Positions 39,014 through 49,033 of a DNA stretch of 56,084 nt are shown one piece after another. Each line of letters opens with the position of its first letter. The stretch's first letter is position 1. Under the pieces are notes generated by a model. That model worked only from the letters and a program-made list of their open reading frames with translations, searched no databases and was not told where the DNA came from. Made by a program: the position numbers and the translations under genes. The stretch is from positions 1 to 56,084 of the forward strand of contig JAZDJN010000102.1 of NCBI GenBank assembly GCA_043803945.1, in the 5' to 3' direction. This DNA comes from a bacterium (GTDB lineage Bacteria > Bacteroidota > Ignavibacteria > UBA10030).

Positions 39014-41089
39014 GTGAAATCACCATTCAAGCGCATACTTGTTACGGCCGCATTACCCTATGCGAACGGCTTACTCCATCTTGGGCATCTCGCAGGAGCC
39101 TATCTCCCTGCCGATATCTATGTCCGCTATCAACGGTCAAAGCGGAGGGATGTCCTTTTTATTTGCGGCTCCGATGAACATGGCGTCCCTATCACTGTCA
39201 GTGCAGAAAAAGAAAAAACTACGCCGCAAGCTGTCGTCGACAGATACCATTCCCTGAACAAAGCTGCGTTCGAACAGTTTGGCATGAGTTTCGACAACTA
39301 CTCCCGTACATCGCTTCCTCTTCATCATAAGACGGCTCAGGAATTTTTCAAAGAGTTTCATTCCCGGTCAATTCTGAAAGAAAAGCATGAGAAGCAATTG
39401 TTCTGTGAGAAGGATTCGATGTTTCTCGCCGACCGGTATGTGGAAGGAACCTGCCCAAATTGTAAATATACTCAAGCGCGGGGAGATCAATGTGAGAACT
39501 GTGGAACCTGGCTGAACCAGACGGAACTTATCGATCCTCGATGCAAGATTTGCGGTTCCACACCGATAGTCAAAGAGACAGCACACTGGTATTTTCCACT
39601 AGGTGCTTATCAAGCGCGACTTGAAGCATCGATTGAAGAACGTTCCAAACGCGACGGTTGGAAAGAGAATGTTCTTCGGTACTGCGAAAGCTGGTTCAAA
39701 GCGGGTTTGCAGGACCGGGCTGTGACCAGAGACTTGAGCTGGGGGGTACCGGTGCCTGTGCAGGGGTATGAGCATAAAGTGCTTTACGTCTGGTTCGATG
39801 CCGTTCTGGGCTATATCTCTTCGGCAAAAGAATGGGCGCTGCTGCACAATACGCCCGATGCATGGAAGCAATATTGGCTTGCTGACGATACAAAGTATGT
39901 TGCCTTCATCGGAAAGGATAACGTTGTCTTTCACTGCATTGTGTTCCCGGCAATGCTGATGGCATGGAATGACACACGGGACGATCACTATGTATTGCCA
40001 GAGAATGTTCCGGCGAATGAATTTCTCAATTTCGAAGGGCAGAAGTTTTCGAAAAGCAGAGGTTGGGGAATCGATTTGCAGGACTTCCTCAGGTTCTTCC
40101 CGGCAGACGTGCTGCGTTATACTCTTGCCATCAATCTGCCCGAATCTCGGGATAGCGATTTCTACCTGAAAGATTTTCAGGCAAGAACCAATAACGAGCT
40201 TGCCGATATTCTTGGAAATTTTATCAACCGGACGCTTGCATTCACAGAGAAAAATTTTCAGGGTACAGTACCGGCACTTGGTCCCACAGGGAAGCTCGAT
40301 CACGAGATGCTTGCCCTCATAGAAGAATTTCCGATGAAGGTGGGCAATCTGTTTGAGCATTACCACTTTCGCGAAGGTGTTGTTGAAGCTATGAATCTGG
40401 CACGGGCAGCAAATAAGTATTTTAATGATAGTGAGCCGTGGAAGACATCAAAATCGAATCTTGAACAATGCGCTACCACACTCCATATTTGCCTGCAGGT
40501 GGTCAGGTCGTTGGCGATTCTTATGGAGCCGATCACTCCGGCGATTGCGGCAAAGCTCTGGAAAATCCTTAACCTCGATGGAGTACCCAAAGATGCAGGC
40601 TGGGATTCTGCTGCCAAGGCTGGCCTTCACAAAGGTCATAAACTCAATAAATCAGAAATTCTTGTGACAAAGATCGAAGATAAACAAATCGATGAGGTGA
40701 TTAGCTACCTTACCCGTGAATCCTCTGTTGCCTCTGGAGTACCTCCCATGGTTGAGATAAAGCCGACAATCACTCTGGATGACTTCAAAAAGATTGACCT
40801 CCGCGTTGCCCGTATTGTCGAAGCAGAGAAGGTTGCCAAATCGGATAAGTTGATAAAGATGCAGGTTGAAATTGGAGTGGAGCGCCGGCAGATTATCGCC
40901 GGTATTGCAAAGAATTACTCTCCTGAACAATTAGTCGGAAAAAAAATTATTATCGTTGCCAATCTCCAACCAGCTAAATTGATGGGGCAGGAATCCCGGG
41001 GAATGCTCCTCGCTGCAAACGATGATGCTGGCAAGATCAGCATTCTGACTATTCTCGATGAAATTCCTACCGGCGTTATCGTCCGCTAG
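39014..41089 (+). CDS. metG: Methionine--tRNA ligase with C-terminal tRNA-binding domain
   Basis: ALPYANG.LHLGH, Zn knuckles, YVWFDA, KFSKS and ANL.PAKLMG.ES.GM. Confidence 0.97.
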   Translation: MKSPFKRILVTAALPYANGLLHLGHLAGAYLPADIYVRYQRSKRRDVLFICGSDEHGVPITVSAEKEKTTPQAVVDRYHSLNKAAFEQFGMSFDNYSRTSLPLHHKTAQEFFKEFHSRSILKEKHEKQLFCEKDSMFLADRYVEGTCPNCKYTQARGDQCENCGTWLNQTELIDPRCKICGSTPIVKETAHWYFPLGAYQARLEASIEERSKRDGWKENVLRYCESWFKAGLQDRAVTRDLSWGVPVPVQGYEHKVLYVWFDAVLGYISSAKEWALLHNTPDAWKQYWLADDTKYVAFIGKDNVVFHCIVFPAMLMAWNDTRDDHYVLPENVPANEFLNFEGQKFSKSRGWGIDLQDFLRFFPADVLRYTLAINLPESRDSDFYLKDFQARTNNELADILGNFINRTLAFTEKNFQGTVPALGPTGKLDHEMLALIEEFPMKVGNLFEHYHFREGVVEAMNLARAANKYFNDSEPWKTSKSNLEQCATTLHICLQVVRSLAILMEPITPAIAAKLWKILNLDGVPKDAGWDSAAKAGLHKGHKLNKSEILVTKIEDKQIDEVISYLTRESSVASGVPPMVEIKPTITLDDFKKIDLRVARIVEAEKVAKSDKLIKMQVEIGVERRQIIAGIAKNYSPEQLVGKKIIIVANLQPAKLMGQESRGMLLAANDDAGKISILTILDEIPTGVIVR

Positions 41090-41119
41090 GTGTTACACCA
41101 GTTTTTCCATTGTTCCATC

Positions 41120-41146
41120 GGTGGAGAGTCTATCGGGCTCTCCACC
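41120..41146 (+). terminator. GC-rich hairpin after metG (possible terminator, weak T tail)
   Basis: GGTGGAGAGTC-TATC-GGGCTCTCCACC. Confidence 0.45.
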
Positions 41147-41162
41147 ACTTCAATTCGCTCCC

Positions 41163-41191
41163 TTGATTGCCGCTCCAATTTCTCGTATATT
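41163..41191 (+). promoter_or_regulatory. Sigma70-type promoter of the menaquinone operon
   Basis: TTGATT-17 nt-TATATT, 36 nt before the TTG at 41228. Confidence 0.65.
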
Positions 41192-41227
41192 TTATTAAAA
41201 TAGTCACAATAGAACGGGTATATTGTT

Positions 41228-42073
41228 TTGTCTCAGAGCGCTGGTAAGTTTCTCAGATTCATTAAAATTGAACACACTCTCTTTTCCCTCCCCTTAATTT
41301 ATAGCGGGGCAATCCTGGCAGCAAAAGAATCACCCAGTATCTTTTTATTACTGTTGATCTTGCTGGCAGCAATTGGCGCACGAACCGCCGCGTTGGCGCT
41401 GAATCGTATTATTGATCGTGAAATTGATAAGCGAAATCCGAGGACAATTGAAAGAGAACTTCCCAGCGGGAGAATGAAACTCGGTGAAGCGATAGTTGTC
41501 CTAATCTTGGGTACTGTACTCTATCTTGTTTCTGCGGCCCTCATTTCTCCTTTTTGCCTTGCTCTTTCGCCGCTGCCGTTGGTTGTCTTTACGCTCTATC
41601 CGTATATGAAACGATTTACCATCTTTGCACATTTCGGTGTGGGACTCGGTTTGGCGATGGCACCTCTGGGGGGGTGGTTTGCCATCCAGCAATCGTTTGC
41701 CGATATCGTACCGGGTTCACTACTGACATTGTTTACCTTATTCTGGGTAACTGGCTTCGACATCATTTACTCAACACTGGATGAACTTTTCGATCGTGAG
41801 CAGAATCTTTTTTCCTTCAGCTCACGATTTGGAAAAAAGAGAGCATTGAAATATTCTGCCATCCTCCATGTCCTGGCATTTGCCTGCATTGCTCTTCTCT
41901 TTGTTTTCTACATCAAGGTTGTGGCGGCACTTCCATTCTTAATGCTGACCGGATATTTGTTATATCTGGAACAAAAAAGGGCTGATGATGTTGAATTGGC
42001 GTTTTTTAAAATTAATGCAACACTTGGTTTTGTCGTTCTTGCCATGATCGTCACAGGAGTGTATCTCTCATGA
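41228..42073 (+). CDS. mqnP: UbiA-like prenyltransferase of the futalosine pathway (MqnP)
   Basis: IK.EHTLF.LP, NRIIDREID.RNPRT..R and GFDIIY..LD; mqn context. Confidence 0.88.
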   Translation: MSQSAGKFLRFIKIEHTLFSLPLIYSGAILAAKESPSIFLLLLILLAAIGARTAALALNRIIDREIDKRNPRTIERELPSGRMKLGEAIVVLILGTVLYLVSAALISPFCLALSPLPLVVFTLYPYMKRFTIFAHFGVGLGLAMAPLGGWFAIQQSFADIVPGSLLTLFTLFWVTGFDIIYSTLDELFDREQNLFSFSSRFGKKRALKYSAILHVLAFACIALLFVFYIKVVAALPFLMLTGYLLYLEQKRADDVELAFFKINATLGFVVLAMIVTGVYLS

Positions 42074-42621
42074 GAATAGTTCTGGGGATTACTGGTTCGT
42101 CCGGCGCAATCTTTGCGCGAGAATTTCTTCGCCGATCTCCTGCAGAGAATTACCTGGTGGTGAGCAAGTGGGGTAAGGTTCTCCTGAAAGATGAACTCCA
42201 GATCTCAACCAAAGATCTCGCTACGTATATCAAAAAAGAATTTTCTGATGATGATTTAACAGCCCCAATTGCATCCGGATCGAACCGGATTGATGCATTC
42301 GTGATTCTACCGTGCTCATCTTCAACGTTGGGGAAAATTGCCTCCGGGATTGGTGATACATTGATTACACGAACTGCCCAGGTAGCATTGAAGGAACGGC
42401 ACAAAATGATCCTCTGCCTCCGTGAGACTCCAATGTCCACTGTTTCCCTGGAACAGGCTGCACGGCTTTCCCGTGATGGCGTAATCATCATGCCAATCAC
42501 ACCATCCTTGTACTTCGTTCCCAAATCTGTGGAAGAGTATGTACAGGATTTTGTTGATCGGGTCCTTGCCGCAGCAGGTGTCAAGGAAAGCCGGGGATGG
42601 CGAGCTGAAGAGCTTGAGTAA
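42070..42621 (+). CDS. ubiX: Flavin prenyltransferase UbiX
   Basis: GITGSSG, APIASGS, PCS.STL, V.LKE and RETP. Confidence 0.92.
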   Translation: MRIVLGITGSSGAIFAREFLRRSPAENYLVVSKWGKVLLKDELQISTKDLATYIKKEFSDDDLTAPIASGSNRIDAFVILPCSSSTLGKIASGIGDTLITRTAQVALKERHKMILCLRETPMSTVSLEQAARLSRDGVIIMPITPSLYFVPKSVEEYVQDFVDRVLAAAGVKESRGWRAEELE

Positions 42622-42662
42622 AGGGAGAATTCCTGCTCAACAGAAGAGAAAACAGAGTTCCT

Positions 42663-44447
42663 ATGGCCTTTCAAACACTCAGCGATTTTGCTCGATACCT
42701 GGAATCGATCGGTGAGTTACACCGAGTCAAGGTAGAGGTTGATCCCTATCTTGAGATTACCGAAATCGCGAGTTGCGCACTCCGGGAGCAAAAACCTGCC
42801 TTGTTGTTTGAACGGGTTAAAGGGGCATCCTTTCCTTTGGTGATTCACACGCTGGCAACAGAACGACGCGTTGAGCTTGCTCTTCAGAAACATCCACAAC
42901 AATTTGGCGAAGAGATTGTTGAATTCTTCGAACAAGTGGTTCCGCCCTCTCTGTCAACACTCTGGAAGCATCGCACCATGGCCTGGCGCCTGGCTTCCTC
43001 CCGAACGAAGCTGGTCTCTTCCGGAATTTCGCAGGAGGTTGTCGCATTGCCCAACCTGGATCTTCTTCCCATTCAAACTTGCTGGCCCGAAGATGGCGGC
43101 CGCTTTCTCACCCTTGGGCAGGTCATGACGTACGATCCGATCGATTCAAAGCGTAATATGGGAATCTATCGTCTGCATGTCTATGATCACCAAACCACAG
43201 GAATGCATTGGCAAATCCAAAAGGGCGGAGGTTTCCATTACTATCGTGCATCCCAGCTTGGAAAAGATCTGGAAGTTGCCGTAGCTCTGGGTACCGATCC
43301 TGCACTCCTTATTGCCGCAGTTGCAGCATTGCCGGAAGGAGTAGATGAAGCGTTGCTTGCATCGTTTCTTCGCGGAAAACCGGTTCCGATGGTTCGTGGA
43401 AAAAGCATCTCCATTCAGGTACCCGCAAATGCAGAGTTTATTCTCGAAGGGCGAGTGCCTCTCAACGAACGCAGAGTTGAGGGGCCGTTTGGAGATCATT
43501 TCGGCCATTACTCACAGAGTGCACCGTTTCCGGTATTCCATCTTTCAGCGATGACACATCGGCGGAATGCCCTGTACCCCGCAACGATTGTCGGTATCCC
43601 CCCGATGGAGGACAAATTTCTCGGTGATGCCACGCAACAGATTTTAGGCCCGCTTGTCCGGCTTGTCCATCGCGAAGTGAAGGACCTCTGGGCGTACTAT
43701 GAAACAGGTTTTCATAACTTGCTTGTCGTTTCAGTAGAAGAACGCTATAACAAGGAAGCAATGAAAGCCGCATTCGGATTATTAGGCACGGGTCAGCTTT
43801 CTCTTTCGAAGTGCGTCGTCCTTGTCTCTGAGGGGGTGGATCCGCGCAATTGGACCGCAGTACTGAATGAGATTCTCGTGCATTTCGACCCGCACTATGA
43901 TTTTCTCCTGTTGCCAAAAGTCCCTCTCGATACTCTCGATTTCACGAGTTTTCAAATGGAACTGGGGAGCCGCATGATTCTCGATGCGACACGAAAAAAA
44001 CAACAGGGCGAAGGGGAGCATGATCGGCCTGCAAAGAAAGTTTCTCAAAATCATCGGCTGAAAGATGGCAGAGGGTTGGATAGACGAATTATTGACTCAG
44101 TTCTTCTGGAAGAATGCTTATTGCTCGTAAAAGTGAAAAAGGAGGGTCGGCTGGTCGTCGAGAAACTTGTCCGGAAGAAAGAGCTTCAATCGATTCCGAT
44201 GATCGCAGCAGTTAGTGAGGATGTCGACATTCACGATCGAGAAAATGCATTATGGGGATTGTTTACGCGATTTGATTGTGAACGGGATGTGGTATTCACC
44301 GAGCAGAAACTTTTCGGGATATCCCCGGTTTATAAGGGAGTCATGGGCATTGATGCCACCTGGAAAAAGGGATACCCTCAACCGCTTCGCATGCCTGAAG
44401 AGGTTGTGCGTCTGGTTGAAGCACGATGGGAAGAATATTGGAGGTAG
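42663..44447 (+). CDS. ubiD: UbiD family decarboxylase (MqnL-type, menaquinone pathway)
   Basis: VDP.LEI, WP.DGGRF, EGPFGDH.G.Y, G.PP.ED and D.LD motifs. Confidence 0.92.
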   Translation: MAFQTLSDFARYLESIGELHRVKVEVDPYLEITEIASCALREQKPALLFERVKGASFPLVIHTLATERRVELALQKHPQQFGEEIVEFFEQVVPPSLSTLWKHRTMAWRLASSRTKLVSSGISQEVVALPNLDLLPIQTCWPEDGGRFLTLGQVMTYDPIDSKRNMGIYRLHVYDHQTTGMHWQIQKGGGFHYYRASQLGKDLEVAVALGTDPALLIAAVAALPEGVDEALLASFLRGKPVPMVRGKSISIQVPANAEFILEGRVPLNERRVEGPFGDHFGHYSQSAPFPVFHLSAMTHRRNALYPATIVGIPPMEDKFLGDATQQILGPLVRLVHREVKDLWAYYETGFHNLLVVSVEERYNKEAMKAAFGLLGTGQLSLSKCVVLVSEGVDPRNWTAVLNEILVHFDPHYDFLLLPKVPLDTLDFTSFQMELGSRMILDATRKKQQGEGEHDRPAKKVSQNHRLKDGRGLDRRIIDSVLLEECLLLVKVKKEGRLVVEKLVRKKELQSIPMIAAVSEDVDIHDRENALWGLFTRFDCERDVVFTEQKLFGISPVYKGVMGIDATWKKGYPQPLRMPEEVVRLVEARWEEYWR

Positions 44448-44461
44448 TAGAGGGGGAACCG

Positions 44462-46321
44462 ATGATTAATTTTAGAGATACGTCACTCATACCAATTTGG
44501 CAGAAAATACAGTTAGGAGAACGATTATCAGGCGATGATGCCAGGGTATTGTTCCGTACCCCCGATATTATTTCGCTTGGGAAAATGGCACACACCGTAC
44601 AAAAGCAGAAGAGCGGCGATGCAGTCTATTTTGTGATCAATCAGAAAATCGAGCCGACGAATATCTGCGTGCTGACATGCAAATTCTGTGACTTTGCCAC
44701 CAAGGCCGGTCAGCCTGATGCCTATGAAATGACGATTCAGCATATCCTTGACAAACTAACGCCGGATATTCATGAGGTCCATATCACAGGAGGTTTGCAT
44801 CCGACATGGTCATGGGAATATTATCTCGATATGCTGCGCCAGATCCGAAAGAATTTTCCTTCTGTAAACATTAAAGCATTTACGGCTGTCGAGATCGATT
44901 TCTTTCATAAAAAATTTAAACTCAGCATTCTTGAGGTGCTGCGTCAGTTGAAAGAGGCGGGATTACAGACGATGCCGGGCGGCGGGGCGGAAGTATTCTC
45001 GGAACGGATTCGGAAAAAACTCTTCAGCTCGAAAATTGGAGAAAAGCGTTGGCTGGAAATCCATCAAGCAGCACACCGGATGGGGATTCCCACGAACAGT
45101 ACAATTCTCTACGGCCATATTGAAACCGTCGATGAACGCATCGGCCATCTCATAAAACTTCGTGAGGCGCAGGATCAAACGGGGGGATTCCTCACCTTTA
45201 TTCCCCTGGCTTTCCAACCGGGCGAAACCGGAATCAAACCGACGAACCGTTTCACCTCTGCCATTGATGACTTGCGGATGATCGCTCTCTCCCGATTGAT
45301 GCTCGATAATATTCAGCACATCAAGGCGTATTGGGTGATGCTGACGGAGGAGGTTGCTTCTGTCGCACTGAACTTTGGTGCCGACGATATGGATGGTACG
45401 GTCGGCGGTGAAAAGATCGCCCACGATGCCGGGGCACTTGGTCCCGATCAATTAGCGAAAGACCAGCTTATCCGTATTATCAAGGACGCTGGAAAAATTC
45501 CGGTTGAACGTGATGCGTATTATCATCCGCTCAACATCTATGCATCACATGTTATCGGGAAAATACCGTATTTGAATTCGGTTCCCTACTTCCACAATAT
45601 CGACAAGAAACAATTCAAACTCTTGCCGATCACTCCGCGGCGAATGGGTATTCTGGCACGCAAGGGACAGATCGATGCGGGTTTGTTTTCTCTTGTCGAT
45701 TACCTGAAGCAACGATCAGAGTTCGAAATGCTCAACCTTGGCATTTCGTCGCGTGACCAGGTAAAAAGTGTCCTCTTATTATCGAATTACGGATGGAAGG
45801 ATCTTCACGGCAAGACGATCGGTATCATCGACGATACAGCAACGTCGATCCTCTTATTGAAGGTGCTGCTTGAAAAGAAATTCAACGTTACGGCTCAATT
45901 CAAACGGATGACCGCGGGCGTGAATTCGTATGAGCAGTATGATGCTGTGCTGCTCATTGGCGATGAGGCGTTGAAAGCACGGAAGAAAAAAATTGGGAAC
46001 TTTGAGATCGTGTATGATCTGGCATCCGAATGGTACCAGTGGCAGATGCTGCCATTTGTCTTTGCCGTTTGGGCTGTTAAAAAAGGGCTTCCAGATGAAG
46101 AGAGAAAGGAGATTCATTCTCTCCTTCTGGAATCGCTCGAGAAAGGGGAATCACAGTATCCGGAGATTTGCCGCTTGCCTGCGAACGAAATTCATTATAC
46201 CATTGATGAGGCGGTTGAATTTCTGGAGGGTTTTACCTATCGACTCGGAGAACGCGAACTGCAGGCTCTTAACGTATTCGAGTCGCTTCTGGAAACAGTG
46301 GAAATTGAACGGTTGAATTAA
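44462..46321 (+). CDS. mqnE: Fusion of aminofutalosine synthase MqnE (radical SAM) and chorismate dehydratase MqnA
   Basis: TNIC...C.FC.F, PGGGAE, LYGH.E, HIKAYW and FGADD.DGT; C-terminal IPYLNS.P, V.SVLL, S..LLKVLL, LLIGDEAL, DLA.EW and LPFVFAVW (MqnA). Confidence 0.9.
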   Translation: MINFRDTSLIPIWQKIQLGERLSGDDARVLFRTPDIISLGKMAHTVQKQKSGDAVYFVINQKIEPTNICVLTCKFCDFATKAGQPDAYEMTIQHILDKLTPDIHEVHITGGLHPTWSWEYYLDMLRQIRKNFPSVNIKAFTAVEIDFFHKKFKLSILEVLRQLKEAGLQTMPGGGAEVFSERIRKKLFSSKIGEKRWLEIHQAAHRMGIPTNSTILYGHIETVDERIGHLIKLREAQDQTGGFLTFIPLAFQPGETGIKPTNRFTSAIDDLRMIALSRLMLDNIQHIKAYWVMLTEEVASVALNFGADDMDGTVGGEKIAHDAGALGPDQLAKDQLIRIIKDAGKIPVERDAYYHPLNIYASHVIGKIPYLNSVPYFHNIDKKQFKLLPITPRRMGILARKGQIDAGLFSLVDYLKQRSEFEMLNLGISSRDQVKSVLLLSNYGWKDLHGKTIGIIDDTATSILLLKVLLEKKFNVTAQFKRMTAGVNSYEQYDAVLLIGDEALKARKKKIGNFEIVYDLASEWYQWQMLPFVFAVWAVKKGLPDEERKEIHSLLLESLEKGESQYPEICRLPANEIHYTIDEAVEFLEGFTYRLGERELQALNVFESLLETVEIERLN

Positions 46322-46355
46322 ATCCTTGTTCTCTTATCATTCGTAACAGAATTCT

Positions 46356-47243
46356 ATGTCACAGATCATCAGCAAACTCGAAGAGTTGGTAACCCGGGGT
46401 GCACTCTTAGTGCCACAGGGTGGATTCGATTTTTCAGGCTACAATGTGCGTCTCCAAAATAAATACCTCGAATGGCGGAAAGCGTGTCTTGAAGCACTCG
46501 AACAGGCAGGACCCATCGGTTTTACCTACAAGAATAAAATTCTCGGCGATGCAAATGGAGGTTTCTTTTATCAGACATCGGCACAACTGATTTATGTGAA
46601 TGTGAAGGAACTCTTCGAGAAGGTGAAGGCCTCACCGGAACTGGCTGCAGAAGTGGCAGCCGCGCCGGCTCCTGTGGCTGAACAAGCACCTCCACCGGCC
46701 GCTCAACCTGCGGCTCCTACGGAAGGACGGAGAATTCTCAGACCGCCTCCCAAAGCGGGTGCTCCTGCAGCCGCTGCACCAGCACCAGTACCAGCGCCTG
46801 CGCCGGCACATGCTCCGGCTCCTCCAGCGGCTCCTGCTCCTGCCGCTGTGGAGGTTCCCAAAAAGGTCTTCGTGATCGGAGAGATTAATGATCCATTAAG
46901 GCAGCAATTGGCGCTGTTTTTGGAAGAGATTAAAATTGAGGAGATTCCCATCGATCGTACTCATGGAGAGATGGTCCCTGTCGATCATGTGAAAGAAGAT
47001 TCCTCGGCGAAATTCGCATTCTTTGTGTTGAACGCAGATGATCTTGGGTATGTCATGTTTGAAATCGGCCACTTCGTCGGAAAACTTGGTAGAAATCATG
47101 TTTGTGTTCTTCATTCTTCCGATGTCAGTGCCCCGAAGAACATTCCCGGCGTGATCGTCAGAGCGATCGATGTGAAATTGGAAGAGGCGAGTTTTAGCTT
47201 GATGAGAGATCTCAAAGCAGCCGGCTATGTGATATCATTTTAA
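46356..47243 (+). CDS. Protein with helical N-domain, Pro/Ala linker and degenerate TIR-like (PF10137-type) C-domain
   Basis: KVFV, FAFF.L..DD.G, V.FE.G.F.GKLGR..VC.L and L.R.LKAAG match the TIR-like nucleotide-binding family pattern as recalled. Confidence 0.75.
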   Translation: MSQIISKLEELVTRGALLVPQGGFDFSGYNVRLQNKYLEWRKACLEALEQAGPIGFTYKNKILGDANGGFFYQTSAQLIYVNVKELFEKVKASPELAAEVAAAPAPVAEQAPPPAAQPAAPTEGRRILRPPPKAGAPAAAAPAPVPAPAPAHAPAPPAAPAPAAVEVPKKVFVIGEINDPLRQQLALFLEEIKIEEIPIDRTHGEMVPVDHVKEDSSAKFAFFVLNADDLGYVMFEIGHFVGKLGRNHVCVLHSSDVSAPKNIPGVIVRAIDVKLEEASFSLMRDLKAAGYVISF

Positions 47244-47253
47244 TGAGGGAAGG

Positions 47254-48351
47254 ATGAAGTTCGAGGAGATTGCAGAGAAGGTTACAGCGGGGAAGAGGAT
47301 AACCAGGGACGAGGGATTGTTTCTCCTCAAGAATGCGGAGCTGCTCGATTTGGGAGATCTTGCCCGCGGGATTCGTTTTCGAAAGAATCCGGATCCATGG
47401 GTAACATTTGTCGTCGATTCGAATCCAAATTATACCAACATCTGTACGATTGATTGTATTTTCTGTGCATTCTATCGCCATCCAGGTGAGGAGGGTGAAT
47501 ATACCTGCACAGCAGATCATATGATCCAGCGATTCAAAGAGGCTGCAGCGCAGGGTGTCACAACAGTACTGCTTCAGGGGGGGGTAAATCCAGCTCTTCC
47601 ATTCGAGTACTATACCACGCTGGTTCAGCGTACGGTTGCCGAGGTTCCGGAAATCCATCCGCATTTTTTCTCTCCTTCGGAGATTATCGGTATGTCCGAA
47701 GTTTCGGGACTCACCATTCGCGACGTGCTGAGAAAACTCTGGGATGCGGGATTGCGATCGATTCCGGGAGGCGGCGCTGAGATTCTTTCCGACCGTGTGA
47801 AAAAGAAAATTAGCAACAATAAACGCACATCGGCCGATTGGCTCCAGGTAATGCGCGAAGCTCACACAATCGGTTTTAAAACAACAGCCACAATGATGTA
47901 CGGCCACATTGAGAAGGATGAAGATATCATCGAACATCTGGAGTACATTCGATCGTTGCAGGATGAGACTGGTGGATTTACCGCGTTCATTCCATGGTCG
48001 TTTAAACCGGGAAATACTCCCCTGGAGAAAATAATCTCCCATTATGCGACATCGACTCGCTATCTCCAAATGATAGCTCTCTCGAGAATCTACCTTGATA
48101 ATTTCCAGCATATCCAGGCTTCATGGTTTTCCGAGGGAAAGAAAATCGGGCAGATCGCATTACACTTTGGTGCCGACGATTTTGGCGGTACGCTGCTGGA
48201 AGAAAATGTCCATGCTGCAGCGAATTATGTCAATAAAACGAATCGGACAGAATGTTTACAGATGATTCACGAAGCCGGCTTCGGAGCGGCTCAACGGACA
48301 ACCCTCTATACGATCCTTCAAATCCATCAACCTAGAGAAGCAGCAGCATGA
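47254..48351 (+). CDS. mqnC: Cyclic dehypoxanthinyl futalosine synthase (radical SAM)
   Basis: NYTNIC...C.FCAFYR, LLQGG, IPGGGAEIL, AFIPW.F, QASW and FGADDFG..LEENV. Confidence 0.92.
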   Translation: MKFEEIAEKVTAGKRITRDEGLFLLKNAELLDLGDLARGIRFRKNPDPWVTFVVDSNPNYTNICTIDCIFCAFYRHPGEEGEYTCTADHMIQRFKEAAAQGVTTVLLQGGVNPALPFEYYTTLVQRTVAEVPEIHPHFFSPSEIIGMSEVSGLTIRDVLRKLWDAGLRSIPGGGAEILSDRVKKKISNNKRTSADWLQVMREAHTIGFKTTATMMYGHIEKDEDIIEHLEYIRSLQDETGGFTAFIPWSFKPGNTPLEKIISHYATSTRYLQMIALSRIYLDNFQHIQASWFSEGKKIGQIALHFGADDFGGTLLEENVHAAANYVNKTNRTECLQMIHEAGFGAAQRTTLYTILQIHQPREAAA

Positions 48352-48367
48352 AGTCCAGCTCAAGTGT

Positions 48368-49033
48368 ATGCATCGGATATCATCGATAGAGCGGCGTAAG
48401 CTGGTATTTGCTTTCTGCGCATCACTTCTCTTCCACCTGCTCTTGTTTGCCTGTGTTGCTCTTCCATTCTTTGCGTTGAACCATCCTTATCCCAATAAGG
48501 TTGTTTCACTGCAGTATCAAATCAATCCCAAATCAACACCGGCGCAAGCCGGTCGTCAAAAAGTCTTACCTGAAATCCAGTTGCCGGTAACAGCGCCCAT
48601 TCGTCAGCCGAATGAGGAAGCTCCACCTCTTCCCGTAACTGATTCAGCGATCGTTCTTCAGCCTCGTGACTCACTATCAATCGAAGTTTCATCAATCCCC
48701 CAGAAGCAGATTGAATTTTGGAAATTGACATTTAATGAAATCGATTCATTAGGAAGGCTTCATCCAGAACTCAAAGAGGCAATCTTCAAAGAGGCGCTGA
48801 CACAAAGTATCCTGAGAAAGGATTCCGTGCATTGGATGATGAATAAACCAATCCGCGATGCTCTGGCAGCGATGAGATTTCCGATGGGACATGAAGCGCA
48901 GATGGTGTTCCATGAAAAAGTCTTCGGCACTCCCTATAATCCAATGCGGCCTGCTCCGCCACCCAACAGTATTAATATACTGGGGATCATCCCTGCGCTT
49001 GAAAATATCTGGAGAGCGATTGTGGGTAAATAA
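48368..49033 (+). CDS. Hypothetical single-pass membrane protein (SxxxH TM motif, Pro-rich segment)
   Basis: AFCASLLFHLLLF TM helix; co-oriented 16 nt after mqnC. Confidence 0.65.
   Translation: MHRISSIERRKLVFAFCASLLFHLLLFACVALPFFALNHPYPNKVVSLQYQINPKSTPAQAGRQKVLPEIQLPVTAPIRQPNEEAPPLPVTDSAIVLQPRDSLSIEVSSIPQKQIEFWKLTFNEIDSLGRLHPELKEAIFKEALTQSILRKDSVHWMMNKPIRDALAAMRFPMGHEAQMVFHEKVFGTPYNPMRPAPPPNSINILGIIPALENIWRAIVGK

Noticed and set aside
46640-46860. GC-rich short repeats as a DNA-level element
   Set aside because: Explained by the Pro/Ala linker; synonymous positions vary.
47212-48111. Long antisense ORFs (299 aa here; also 528-1298, 13197-13892, 30705-31382, 39599-40366)
   Set aside because: They are shadow frames opposite well-supported genes and show no motifs.
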